Source: Callorhinchus milii (taxonomy: Eukaryota). From it: a DNA stretch of 64,000 bases. The translations under genes and the position numbers were made by a program. This document shows, piece after piece, positions 1 to 11,570 of the stretch. The first letter of the stretch is position 1, and each line of letters opens with the position of its first letter. The stretch spans positions 1,924,001 through 1,988,000 of the forward strand of contig NW_024704742.1 of the NCBI RefSeq assembly GCF_018977255.1. The letters run 5' to 3'. Under the pieces are notes generated by a model, which was given only the letters and a program-made list of their open reading frames with translations, ran no database searches and was not told where the DNA came from.

Positions 1-92
1 AAACTTGCCCGAGGTTTCGCCCTCTGCCTGGAATTGAACTCAGGTCTCTCGCTTGCAAAGCGAGTGCTCTAACCACTGAGCTACAGGACTCC
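1..92 (-). mobile_element. 5' tRNA-Ala-derived head of Deu-core SINE (rest lies outside window)
   Basis: Reverse complement reads GGAGTCCTGTAGCTCAGTGGTTAGAGCACTCGCTTTGCAAGCGAGAGACCTGAGTTCAATTCC: pol III A and B boxes, same head as the copies at 9305, 36922, 43316 and 58277. Confidence 0.9.
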
Positions 93-640
93 AATGGAAA
101 GAAAGAGTTTACTTGCCATGAGGAGTATTGTAATACAACGGTTGTGTTTTAAACACCATTGTCCCATTACATGAATGAAAATGAGTTGGGGGGCGACACA
201 AAAGTTATGTAAGTAGGAAACAGTTAGTTCAGCTGGATTCACACACAAAGCTACTGTATGCGCCGAGTGATGGTAGATTTATCCTTATTGCAGACAATGA
301 AGAATATTGAAATTAAGGCTACAATGTTTGTAATACAAATATTAAAAAGGTGCATTTGATTTTCTCCCCGGCTTGCTCCAAACCTGAACTCAGTAGTCCC
401 AACATTGAGATTAATTACAGGGGTGAAGCACAAACCGAGGATGGGAAATTGAGGCTTATTTGAGAAGCAATTTCACCTGGGTTGATTTATCCTGTTTAGC
501 CAGTTTATCACACTGTTAAATACAGCCTTGATTGGGAAGGTTTTCTTTTTGGACCTTCTTTTGAGAACTTCAAGGTTATGGCTAACTTCAATAATTTGCC
601 CCAAACTAGATCCTACTTTTATTAATTCCATTAATGCCAA

Positions 641-930
641 ATTATCCCGAAAGTGGCGAAGATGAGTGTTCGGCAGAGAAATGCCTACTGGGCACCGCTG
701 TTTTGTTTTGTTTTGTTTTGTGGGTGAAATGTTACAGAAATGAAATGAATCTAAACCCAGGTGGAATGTCTCCTTAATGGAGAGCTGGAGATATGGGAAC
801 AGTCATTACTGCGTGTGTGATGTTTTGCCCACTGCGACTCCTTTGTAATGCTGATTTGGGGATCAATCTCCAGGAAGCTCTGACTGTGAGCGCACATATT
901 AAACATTGGAGCCCGGTTAAAACGTTACGC
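641..930 (+). pseudogene. Inverted fragment of the cadherin relic (EGF-like piece plus putative transmembrane segment)
   Basis: 641-700 is the reverse complement (59/60) of 1814-1873 and encodes EDECSAEKCLLG. It is followed on + by MGTVITACVMFCPL/VMLIWGSISRK (frameshifted), a hydrophobic stretch that is missing from the - strand relic. Confidence 0.4.
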
Positions 931-2559
931 GCGCCCTTTGCTTGGTCAGTGGCAGGGTAAAACCATCTGCTCTTGCAGCAAGTAACAGCAAGCTCTAATT
1001 GTAAATATGTCACTGCGCTACTTGGTAAATGTTTGGATGTCTGGTGGCGTTTGTTGATAGCCCGCATTTAATGGACGATTGTAGTGTGGGATAGCCCTCA
1101 TTGCTTTGACCAAAGTTGGTGTCAGAAGCGAAGGTCTTTAAAACTTAAATGATCACATTATCAGTTACATATGTACTACCCTAACCCATATTCCAGTGGA
1201 ATGCATCAGAGCTAATCTGGTCGTGGCAGGTGTAAATGAATTTAAATGAAATTATGGCGTAAATGAAATGAAGTGAAGCCACGTTAGATCATGAGCTCCT
1301 TCTGATATTAGCACAAGACGTTCCAGGAGATCACATGCCTCTTACCTTCTCATAAGCCATAAGAAACAAACGTACAAATTGCAGAGACTGCGCTGATGTC
1401 AACTCGTCATTCCTTAGATGTTTTGAGGAAGGTTGAAGCACGCTCACATCCTATTCCATTGCCAATTCCTGTTGTACCAGCCACTTGTACTGGTGGCACT
1501 GGCTGTCGTTCCTGTATTGAGGCCTCATAGTCTTCCCTGTCTTGCCCTTTCATCACACCATTAATAATAACACTTGCCTCGTGCTCCACAGCCTTCAAGT
1601 TGACTTGTCTCTAGCCCTTTGAGCTTTCACGAAACTGCTGCCGGTGTAATTCCTCTTCCCTAGCAGTGACTCCCTATTTTTCAGATATTCCTCTGGAATT
1701 TGGGGATTATTTAAGCTGCTGCCAGCCAGAGTCTCATGGGCCTCTTTTTTCATTTATCAATATTTTATCAATAAGATCCTATTTGTTATGTTGCAACAAA
1801 TCCTCCTCACCTTCAGCGGTGCCCAGTAGGCATTTCTCTGCCGGACACTCATCTTCGCCACTTTCGGGATAATCCTTGACGGTGTATCTCTGCTACTCCG
1901 AGCCATTTCCATAATTCCCAATGTTCGTATTCGCAAGCTTGATGGGGCTGAGGGATGCAGGATTTGTCTTGTACCAAAAATAAGTTATTACTCCGCTTCC
2001 ACCCCGGTATCAAAACATGTTTCACCTTTCTGTTCATGTCAGTTTTCCACCAATCCAAAGTGCCAAACATCCGTGTATTAGGCTCATTCTAGACACGATT
2101 TTCAATCAATGGATGCCCTGTAACTTGTATTCCTAGTTTGGAGATCTCTTGAGCAGTCTGTCTGTCGTTATGACAATTAAAACTTGGCCAAATGTCATTT
2201 GCATTTTAAAAGGCAAATATATTGTCTTCAGGCCGTTTAAATTCACTGCGCTGCCTTTGAAAGATGTGGATTACACTGGAATCTTGACTATTTCTCAACA
2301 GTTGTCTCTTCGTTCGAACCTTGAGGTGAAGAGTGTGGTACGCAGTGGCCTGTGAGCAAATTCTCAGCATAGCTGAGTATGATGCAAAACTTATCTGTCA
2401 CACATGCTCCATTATAAATAATATTCATATAATAATCCTTGCATTTGATATAGTGACTTAGCATATCACCGAGATGTCCCAATGCGCTTGAATTATCCTT
2501 CTTAATTATTAATTATCCAATAGTTATGGAATAATACAGTTTAAATGTTTTATAAAATT

Positions 2560-2845
2560 TCAGGTGGATATTGAAGATGTTAAAGATCATAACACTATTC
2601 AAAAAAGAGAAGGGAGTTTCTTGCAACATCCAAGCCAACAATTCCACAGATGATATCGGTCATTGATTTCATGGCTGCTTGTGGGGTATTGCTGTGTGCG
2701 AATTGGCTGCTGCATTCTCATATATATTATATATATACATAAATACAGTGACTGAACATTATAGACGTGCTTTGAGATGTCCTCCTGACGTGAAAGGCAT
2801 TTTATCAAATACAAGGTTTATTATTATTTTTGTTATTATTACTAT
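2560..2845 (+). mobile_element. 5'-truncated Deu-core SINE
   Basis: Contains the core GTGGGGTATTGCTGTGTGCGAATTGGCTGCTGC and the tail ..TGAGATGTCCTCCTGACGTGAAAGGC..ATCAAATACAAGG(TTA)n. Confidence 0.85.
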
Positions 2846-2849
2846 TACA

Positions 2850-3800
2850 TTAGAAATACATTTAAAAGACCACGACCCTCATAAAGAATCCGACAGGTCA
2901 CTCATACCCTTAGAGCGCAATCACGAAAAGAGGTACAGCACTCGACGTGGTCAGTGGTTGGGTGATAAAGTGGCACATCTGAGAGAACAATAGAGTGTGA
3001 CGCAATGAATAATACTAAAAGCTTTTTGATAAACATTCCCATGGCAACGAGGGAGCCGATATTTTTCATGCGCTTCTGAACGGGCTTTTAGAAACAGGAC
3101 GTATGAGCGCTGTCTCAGCGATTCAGTCAATGTAACGCATGAGGTAAGGCGTGGCACCGCCTTGTATTTTGTACGCTGCAGTCTGTTCTTCAGAGAACTT
3201 TCCGAAAGTTCTCGAACCCTTGCGCTGTGACAGACCTGCCCGAACCGCCCTAAGTTTTGTACGCGAGGATGGGACGCGCGAAAGATATCTGTTGACATTC
3301 GAGAGCGATCGTCCATTTTCAGGCTACACGGAGGATACCGCGTGCCCGCAGTAATGACCTACAATGTACTTTCTTGCAGCCAATATTAATATGAATGTTG
3401 TCTACTGTCCAGGGTTGATATCAGACGTGACAGGCACTTTCTGCTTTGGGGCGGGTTCTCTCACAACGCGCATCTGTACCTGGGTCCAAGCTTCTGGGTA
3501 CCTGGTGCCGTTTTCAGATCCCTGTTTCCAGAGACACGATATGCGCTCCAAATCGCACTTTGTTGCTGTATTTCAAGCCACTTTAACACAGCTTCGTGGA
3601 TGAAAGTGGCAGATGAGGTCCCGAGGTCGCTCCTCGTGTCTTTACGTGATGTTTGTGCGACTACGTTGAGATATATTTAGGCACTCGATGTGGTCAGTGG
3701 TTGGGTGATAAAGTGGCACATCCGAGAGCACAATAGTAGTGTGACGCAATGAATACTACTAAAAGCTTTTTGATAAACATCCCCATGGCAACGAGGGAGC
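2850..3800. mobile_element. Unclassified CpG-rich element with ~120-bp direct repeats (2938-3056 and 3681-3800)
   Basis: Both repeats read GCACTCGAyGTGGTCAGTGGTTGGGTGATAAAGTGGCACAT...CCATGGCAACGAGGGAGC with only a handful of differences. The interior is much richer in CpG than the flanks and interrupts the cadherin relic. Confidence 0.65.
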
Positions 3801-4470
3801 ATTATTAGATCTACTTTCCATTATGGAAGCTGAACACCTTTGAATGTAGAGAACAGAAAATCGGACTCTTAAACATGGCCTCTGGAAATTCAGGGCCGGA
3901 AATATTGGCCATTTCACCATATTAATGTGGAAACGCGGTACGAGACAAAGAGAGGCAGATGGGATTTTAAAGTCCTTGATTAAGTCTGGTTGACGTAGCC
4001 AATGTTTTTACATTGAGCCAATTAGTTTTTCAAGGTAACAATTAATGTTCATGCTGATGAAATGTCTTCTTCGGGTTTCAGACTGAATATAAGGTGAATT
4101 TTCTTTTATCGTCCCTTTCCGGTTTGCTTCTTCCAAGACTGCCTGTCAAAATTCTTAAATAATCTTCATTGGCCATCAATGTGTTTTACGAATTACAGAG
4201 AATCGGTTTCAAAGCTCAGACTGAATTGAACCATTCGTCAAATGTTGGTTTTCTCTAAAATGCTACATAAATAGAACAAATCCAGAGCCAAGTGAACGTT
4301 ATCCCCAAGCAGATCTTTATTTTGCAGACTGAGACAAAAAGACAATTTCGTCCTTTCTAACTACACTTCAACACGTAGTTTAGGCTGACTATTCTGTTTC
4401 GTTCTTGGGCGCAATAAACAGAGGCTTAGATTTGGAGCTCAGCATCTGAGCCTTCCGAGTCCTTCTGCCA

Positions 4471-4870
4471 AGCTCAGCAAAAGCGGTAGCACTCCCTCCT
4501 CTTGAGTCAGAAGTTTGTGGGTTCGAGACGCATCGGTATTTTGAACTCGTACAGTTTAAGCTGACACCGATGCGGGGCTGGGGGTGTGCTGCACTGACAA
4601 GAGATGGCGACCTTCTTATGAGACCGAGGTCCCATCTGATAAACCCATTCAAAAAGCGAAGGCAGTTTCTGTTAGTGCACTGGCCAACAATTCCCCAGAT
4701 GAAATCGATATTTGACTTCACGGCAGTTCGGTGCTGTGTTCAAATTGCCTGCTGCATTTCATCTGCAAAACACACGGTCACAAAATTCACTTTACATTAA
4801 ATCCTGTGAAGAACTATAGGATGTCCTTCCAACATGAAAGGCGCTACATCAAATGCAAGGATATTATCAG
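4471..4870 (+). mobile_element. Older tRNA-headed Deu-core SINE (SacSINE1-like), near full length
   Basis: Head GCTCAG..GGTAGCACTC..CTCTTGAGTCAGAAGTTTGTGGGTTCGAG, core TGCTGTGTTCAAATTGCCTGCTGC, tail ATCAAATGCAAGGATATTAT. Confidence 0.8.
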
Positions 4871-7800
4871 TATTAATATATAATAATCGCAAGTTGAGTT
4901 TCACTCTGAACTGAATTGTATTGAACACCAGCCTTGACTTATTGTCAGAGAATGGGCAATAATCCAACTCAATGAAAAGCTATTGTAAGAATTTAAATAT
5001 TAAAGGGTTTCTCTGAGGCGGTAAATTTAGTACAGTTGTTGAAGCAGACAACAGATTATGCCATAAACAATGACAGAATGAATGTTTAATACATCAAAGG
5101 TACTATGAACAAAGTTGATTAAAGGAAGATCAGAGCAGTTTTAAATTATTTAGGGACAATCTCTTCCCACACAAGCGTCACGTGAGCGGAGTTTGTGATA
5201 TTCTGAAGCATAGAATTTGACGCCTTCGTTTTCTTTCATTCGGTAGTTTGGAGGAAATGACCAGATCTGCCTGTTGACATTAATTGTTGAGGCAATCAAT
5301 TTGGGCTGCAATCACCTTTGCTTTCAGTAACCTTATACGTGGTTACAATTGGGGGTCAAGTTAGCGTGCATTCAGTGTTGATCACGCTGAAAGTATCCCT
5401 CCCCCACCCCCAATATCTCTCTCAATGGTGAAGCTCAGCCCCCAACACTGCCCCCCCCACTTCCCCACTGGCAGATCACTGCTTTCGATGCCTGGTTAGC
5501 AGATTATCCGCTTTTCACAAAGCCAGGAATTCATTAATAGCCCAGCGAACTGCTAACCAGCTGTCGCACGCCCGAGTCCACGAGGAGCAGGTCCAGCTGT
5601 GTGACGCAGCTCATTGAAAATAGTGGCTGGTTGCGTATTGTAGGAGCGGGAGGTCTGATCCAGCAGGTCCGGGTACCCTCAATGTGATCAATATTGAACA
5701 TAGCACTAAACTGATCCTGACTCTTGTATGCTACCCTGAAGCACAGAATTGTTTGCCCTGGCAGACCAGCCTGTGCTTTCTGGGGTCCCACCTGGGTGGG
5801 GGGGACAGCCTAATAAATGAGAACAAAAAAAAGTGAAAAAGTGGACCTCCACAGTAGATGAACCACCTTATTATCTACAGGAGGACTGATGGATGGCACA
5901 GACTCCAGCAAGGATTTGAAAGGAAGCCAAACTAGTTGACTTGATAAACATATTTGATACTGTACGAGGCCTGACCGCGAGGCCTGTTGAACTGAATTGA
6001 AGACTAGCCAGGTCTTCATTTATGGCACAGTCAGAGTTGCTTTTGCCATCGCTGTCTTTTGCCAATACTGAAGCGAAAGGCAATTAATTACAAGGGGTGC
6101 AATGATTCTTTCATTTTCGCAACGCTTGCCTCTTCCACAGTTGACAGTGAACATTGTTAAAATGGTAGATTTGCCGATGCTTGTTCCTCGACGGCAGCAT
6201 CTGGGCTCACACGCTGTTGACGTGAAGTTTTTCTGAGTTAAATCCACTTGTACAAATTGATGTGATTACCCTGTTTCTGTCTGGAGATAGTACAGCAGCT
6301 GCTGTAAAGCAGAACACAATAATTTTTACACCAGCTTACTCTAATGTGGTAAATGGTAGCCTCGACAGTAATGCCGCTTTGGGAGATATTAGCGTTGTTT
6401 CACAAATTCCAACTTGGGTTGAACATGGTGATGTTAACGAGCGCTCTAGTGGAGTCACGGTCGTGTGGCCGACAGGTTAAATAGAAACTGGCGACACAAA
6501 TTATTTTCACTGTGAAGCACCGTAGTCAGTCGCTGGAGATTGGATCCAATGAGATCTCGGATCGGAGCTTAGGCCACTTGAGTCGTGTGCAATGTGAACA
6601 GGAAAAAAAAAAGCTTATGCATGATCTTGGTTCTGAATATTTTTTGGCGATAAATAAATATTTTGGTGGTAAACATCTTATACCAGCTTCAGGTAAGGGG
6701 GTGGTTCCGATCAACCTCCATCATGATGTACGTTCCATTTCACTATGGAGCTACTTTATAATTGGGTCAGAAGATCAACGAAACCTTTGTAACCGGCTAT
6801 CAGCCCAAGAAGAGGAAGTTTCATTTCTCCCAGAGGAGGGAAAAGGAATAAGGGCTGGTTTGGGCATTTTAGAAAGGAGGTCTAAGCGTTGGAAACTTTT
6901 CTGTGGAGCAACTATCTATAAGGACATACTCTCGGAAGATGGGTGCTCGTGAAGGCACCTTCGTGTGTTCACACGAGCCAGGAAGAAAATGGCAAAGGTA
7001 CGTTCGACGCTGCAAAATGATTTAAGGAGATCATCAGTGACTCCAACTGTTCTGCTTGTGACTGTGGAAGTGACAGCAGCCATCAATTTTCCGGATACTG
7101 GGTGTTTCCAATCACGGCAGGTGATTTCTGTGGCATTGGATGAGGTGCCATATCCATCTGTATTGAAGAGTTGACGGATGCTCTGCTCTGGAAGGCTGGC
7201 AGGCTCATCCATTTCCACCAAAGTGCAGAAAACCGTCAACATTTTTGTAACACTGCCGTCTTCCTGCAAGTGTTAGATATTATGGTCTTGACACAGGGGC
7301 GGGGGATGCAGGTTAAACTGTGGGCAGCATCAATCACACGCATTTCTGTTCCTTCGGTACGAAACTGACTGGCAATGTTGATGAAGATATGCAGATGATA
7401 AAGCCGTGATGATGTAAACATAGCCAGTGAATGCCTTTATGCACAGACTGCCACGCGAGTCGTTTCTTTGCTCAGGGCAACGGACTGAGATAATGGTGTT
7501 TTTAGGTGAACACCTCTCCAGTCTGAAACTGGGGCAGAATTGGGCACGCGTATTTGAGACTTTTGAACATCGATCGGAGGGTACAATTCCCTCTGTTTCA
7601 CCTCCTTCGACCTTCTTATCTGAGAAGGCGATGACTGCTTCAATTGGTATAAATAACCTTCCACCAACATAACTATGTCTTACATCGGTCTGATTCTGGT
7701 GTGGGTTACAATGTCAATTCGATTACTCCACAGCAGAAACATTTCAGTCAATCTTGATATCATGCAGTTAAATGCTCTGTAACTTCAAATATCCACTCTA

Positions 7801-9304
7801 GCGTTTCAATTGCTTTCCGTCGGTGAGCAGGAGAAAGGACATGTAAAGTCGGGCATTCAAAGAGGCATATGGCTAGTCAGCAAAATGGAATGGATTTGTT
7901 CTGTGGCTTTGAGTGAGCAAAGACTCCAAAAGGTTTGGGCAGATGATGAGCTGTAATTGTTTATGAGAGGTTTATGGAAACTTAATTTGCTTTAATTTCA
8001 ACAGGAAGGCGATCAAGAAATTTAACCGGGCAATTACCAGTACAAAATGCTTATTTTTGTTCTCAATCAGTACATGTCACAACATGGGCTTGCAAGTTCA
8101 GGAACATGTCTGCACTCCCAAGCCTTACTAAAGCCTTCAAACCTTTCTGGTTGATTTCTGTGGCATTGGATGAGGTGCCATATCCTTCTGAATCATTTTA
8201 CTGATCTCTCGGGAGGTTTAGAGTTCAAAAACTGTGACACTCCTCCCGTGCTTCTCAGCTGATGTACACTTCGGGAAACTGATTCTGATTCTCAGTCGTG
8301 TTGACCCAGACGCAGTCTTCCCAATCAGAGCTATGTCCTGTCTGTAAATTAAACCTTCAAGAACTTGTGAACGACGGTTGACATTTTTCCAATCAGATGT
8401 GCCGGGATGTAATTCTCTACCAGTATCTTATATAGTTTATCTGCCTCATCTCCTAGTTGTTCAGATACTTCACTGTGATTATTGTTGTTGGACACTGACA
8501 GACTGACTGTCTTTAACTTGCTACCAGTGCCAAGTATGTACAAGAGAGAGCTCTACCAGCACATGGACTCTGTCGAAAATATGTATAGTGCAAATTTAAT
8601 TGTTCACACTCCAATTATCTACCATAACATGGAAGGTGAATGATCCATTAGCCTCCCTGACTTAGTTTATGCCTCAGTGCTTGCCCCTGTTTGCATGTAG
8701 TAGACTCGGTTGTAAGTATGGTGGAGAAGAGACAGTCAGCCGGAGGGACACAGTAATGGGGTATAATCTCCATTCTCATGTAATGGCACAAAGTACTGTC
8801 TGAAGAGTCTTAATGGTAAAAAAAATGACAATAGATCACGGTAAAAAGTGTCATCTTAGACAATATGAGTTCTAATTTCTGACATGAGGTTTGGAGAAGA
8901 TCTAAGATGGGCTCTGGAAACCATATCATTATTACTTCAGTACATCCTAGTCAATGGTCGCCCTATGAATGGGAAAATGCTTCTTTTAAACCAGTGTTGT
9001 CACACATTATACAATATCAACTTCATAGAAGTAATGATATCAAAGGATTGTTTGGCTGGGTTGCTATTTTTGGTAAAGGTCTCCTTATCTCTTTTTTGAA
9101 TAGATCGATACTGATCCACAACACTGCATTTCTTTGATCGGCTTAATGATAGTAACACATTTGATGGCAGTTGCTGCTGGGGGTCTGTAGTCTAATGATA
9201 GTAGCACATTCAATGACCGTCGCTGGTAGGGTTTCGAGGATCCTTATTATCGGGAAGATGTGATTAACTTTATTTGCCTTTTTTTTTTGAAAAAAATTTC
9301 CTTC

Positions 9305-9724
9305 GTGGAGTCCTGTAGCGTATCGGTTTGAGCAATACGCCTCGCCTCGCAAGCGAGAGGGCCTGGGTTCGATTCCCGGGCGGGGTGAAACCTTAGGCGA
9401 ATCTCCTTACTCCACACGCCTCTGCTTACCTAGCAGTAAGTTGGAATCCGGTTGTTAGTCGATTGATGGACAGCGATAATAAACACTCAGAAAAAAATAT
9501 TGGGTCACTCAATCCACGACTATTTGTGGGACAATGTTGCGCTCAATTGGCTGCCACATTTCGCCCACAAAATTCACAGTGGACTCACTTCAGAGTGTAT
9601 TCTGTGAAATATTTGAGATGTCTCGAAGATGCTACCCTGCTTGCAGGCTGCTGTATAAGTGCAAGTTGCTGTTGCTGTTGGCTCAATGACGTGATAGAAC
9701 ATCATATCAAATGCAAGGATTATT
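9305..9724 (+). mobile_element. Full-length tRNA-Ala Deu-core SINE, long variant
   Basis: GTGGAGTCCTGTAGC.. head with CTCGC-ctCGCaa-GCGAG anticodon arm, extra GCCTCTGCTTACCTAGCAGTAAG block, Deu core and CAAATGCAAGGATTATT tail. Confidence 0.92.
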
Positions 9725-11109
9725 GCAACGAATAGTATTTTGAAACAACGGTGCCATTGCAAAGCAATTCTGCTGCTGACTACTCTAATCAGGGCATGTC
9801 TAATTAATGTGCTCCTGTTGCTCACGGGGAGCACTGAACTTGGAGGAATTGTGTTGGGTTATTGGTGGCCAATATGTCCCATGATTTAATGAATACTGCT
9901 ATACGAGTCTGATTGGAAAGTGACTGTTAAATCTCAACACGCGGCAAACCATGTAGGTTCTGAAGGTTGACTGAAAAGCAGCTCAGAAATTAAGGTTGAA
10001 TTGAAGAATCGCCCAACATTTGCACACACTTTTTTTAAAAAAAATACTAAGGAAACGGTCTCACTTCTAGAAGCAGGTGGAATTTCTTCCCTCTGGTGAC
10101 AACGCTGAATGATAGATGCGCAAGGAGGAGAAGTAATGTGCGCTGGTATTTTCTGCAGGCATTTTGGATGGATACCAAGTGCTGAAATGCAGCTGGTGTG
10201 CTCCCGGTGTCAGAATCGAGGTCTGACTTTGAACACCAGTGACTCCCTGTGCTGTTGCAGTCAGGATCTTGTGAATGCTTGGCTGCCTGCAGGCATCGTT
10301 TCAGTTTGGAAAGGAAGAAAAGAGGGCACCTGAACAATTATCGGTGTCAATTACGCCCCATTTGTAAACCATATGTGAACCCACGCGTACAGATAATTAA
10401 CAACTGAATCAATTGCATAGATTTCTGTAATTAATGAACCATTTCCATTGATTGGTTATCAGTATTACCAAAGGAAATCGCTTGTACTTTCCTTTCCACA
10501 TTAGACACACATGGTTCACAGGTGCATATATGTATGTGTTTGTCAGTAAGAGACTGGTTATGTTTTGTTGTACTTGTTTTGTACAGAGTTTGGGAAGTTG
10601 TTGAATAGTGTATGTGAACAGTAACAAAAATAGACAACTGGCAATTCACAACTTGTAGCCTGTGGAAAAGCATCCAATGTGACAATTGTCAAACTGAATC
10701 TGTTTGAAACGTAGCTTTAGAAACCCACTTTACTCAAATACAAACACCATCATAAGAATAGACCCCGAATAAAGAGGACAGCTCCACTGCAGTATTGCTA
10801 ATGATTTATTCAGGGCTGTCACCTGTGTCATCTGAATCACTTCAAAGTGCCAGTTCGAGTACCTCTGCACTTTATACTAATACAATTATAGAATCCTAAT
10901 GTTTACAGGTCAGAAGGTGACCATTCAGTCTCTCATGTCTGTGCTGACTTTCTGAAAGAACTAGCCCACGATTCCTTGACCTATTTCCAAGTTGCCAAAC
11001 TTCAGTTATGGAACATTTTCTAATGATTAGAAACCGCTCGGTATTACATTACTAACTGAAATGTGTGCGTTCATCTTATTCCTTCTGCGGGGGAAATGTA
11101 TTGCAATCC

Positions 11110-11570
11110 AAAAATAATAATAATAATAATAGTGTAATCCTACATTTGTCATAACTTCAAAATGTCTCAAAGAGTTTCACAGCACTGACTCTGGAGTGCG
11201 CATGGCTAGAAGAACACGGTAGCCACCTTTGCACATAGCAATGTCCCGCAAAGTGAAGTGACCGATCACCTTTTCGCCCACAAAAATACAGAGTCAAATC
11301 CACTTTAACGAATATCGCCGTGAAGCCCCCTGAAGTGCCTCAACAACATGATTGGGTGCTGCATCAAATGGAAGTGCTGCTATTGTCAATTTTTATCTGA
11401 GGAAGGTTGTTGCAGGACAGCAAGAGAAACTATCCAGTGCAATGGGATCTTTAAAATCTCCTCGAACAGGCAAACCTGACAAAGGGTTGAGATCTCATCC
11501 GAACGCCAACATCTCTAACAATGTACCACACTCCCCGATTGTTGCACTGGAGCCTCACCCGACACTCTGA
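11110..11570 (-). mobile_element. Decayed SacSINE1-like SINE
   Basis: (TAA)n plus the reverse-complement tail ATCCTACATTTG, reverse core TAGCCACCTTTGCACATAGCAATGTCCCGCAAA, and reverse body CTCATCCGAACG..ACTCCC..TTGCACTGGA. Confidence 0.6.

Noticed and set aside
6512..6952. 146-aa plus-strand ORF
   Set aside because: No recognisable family and no splice context. It is better explained as an antisense shadow of the minus-strand cadherin relic.
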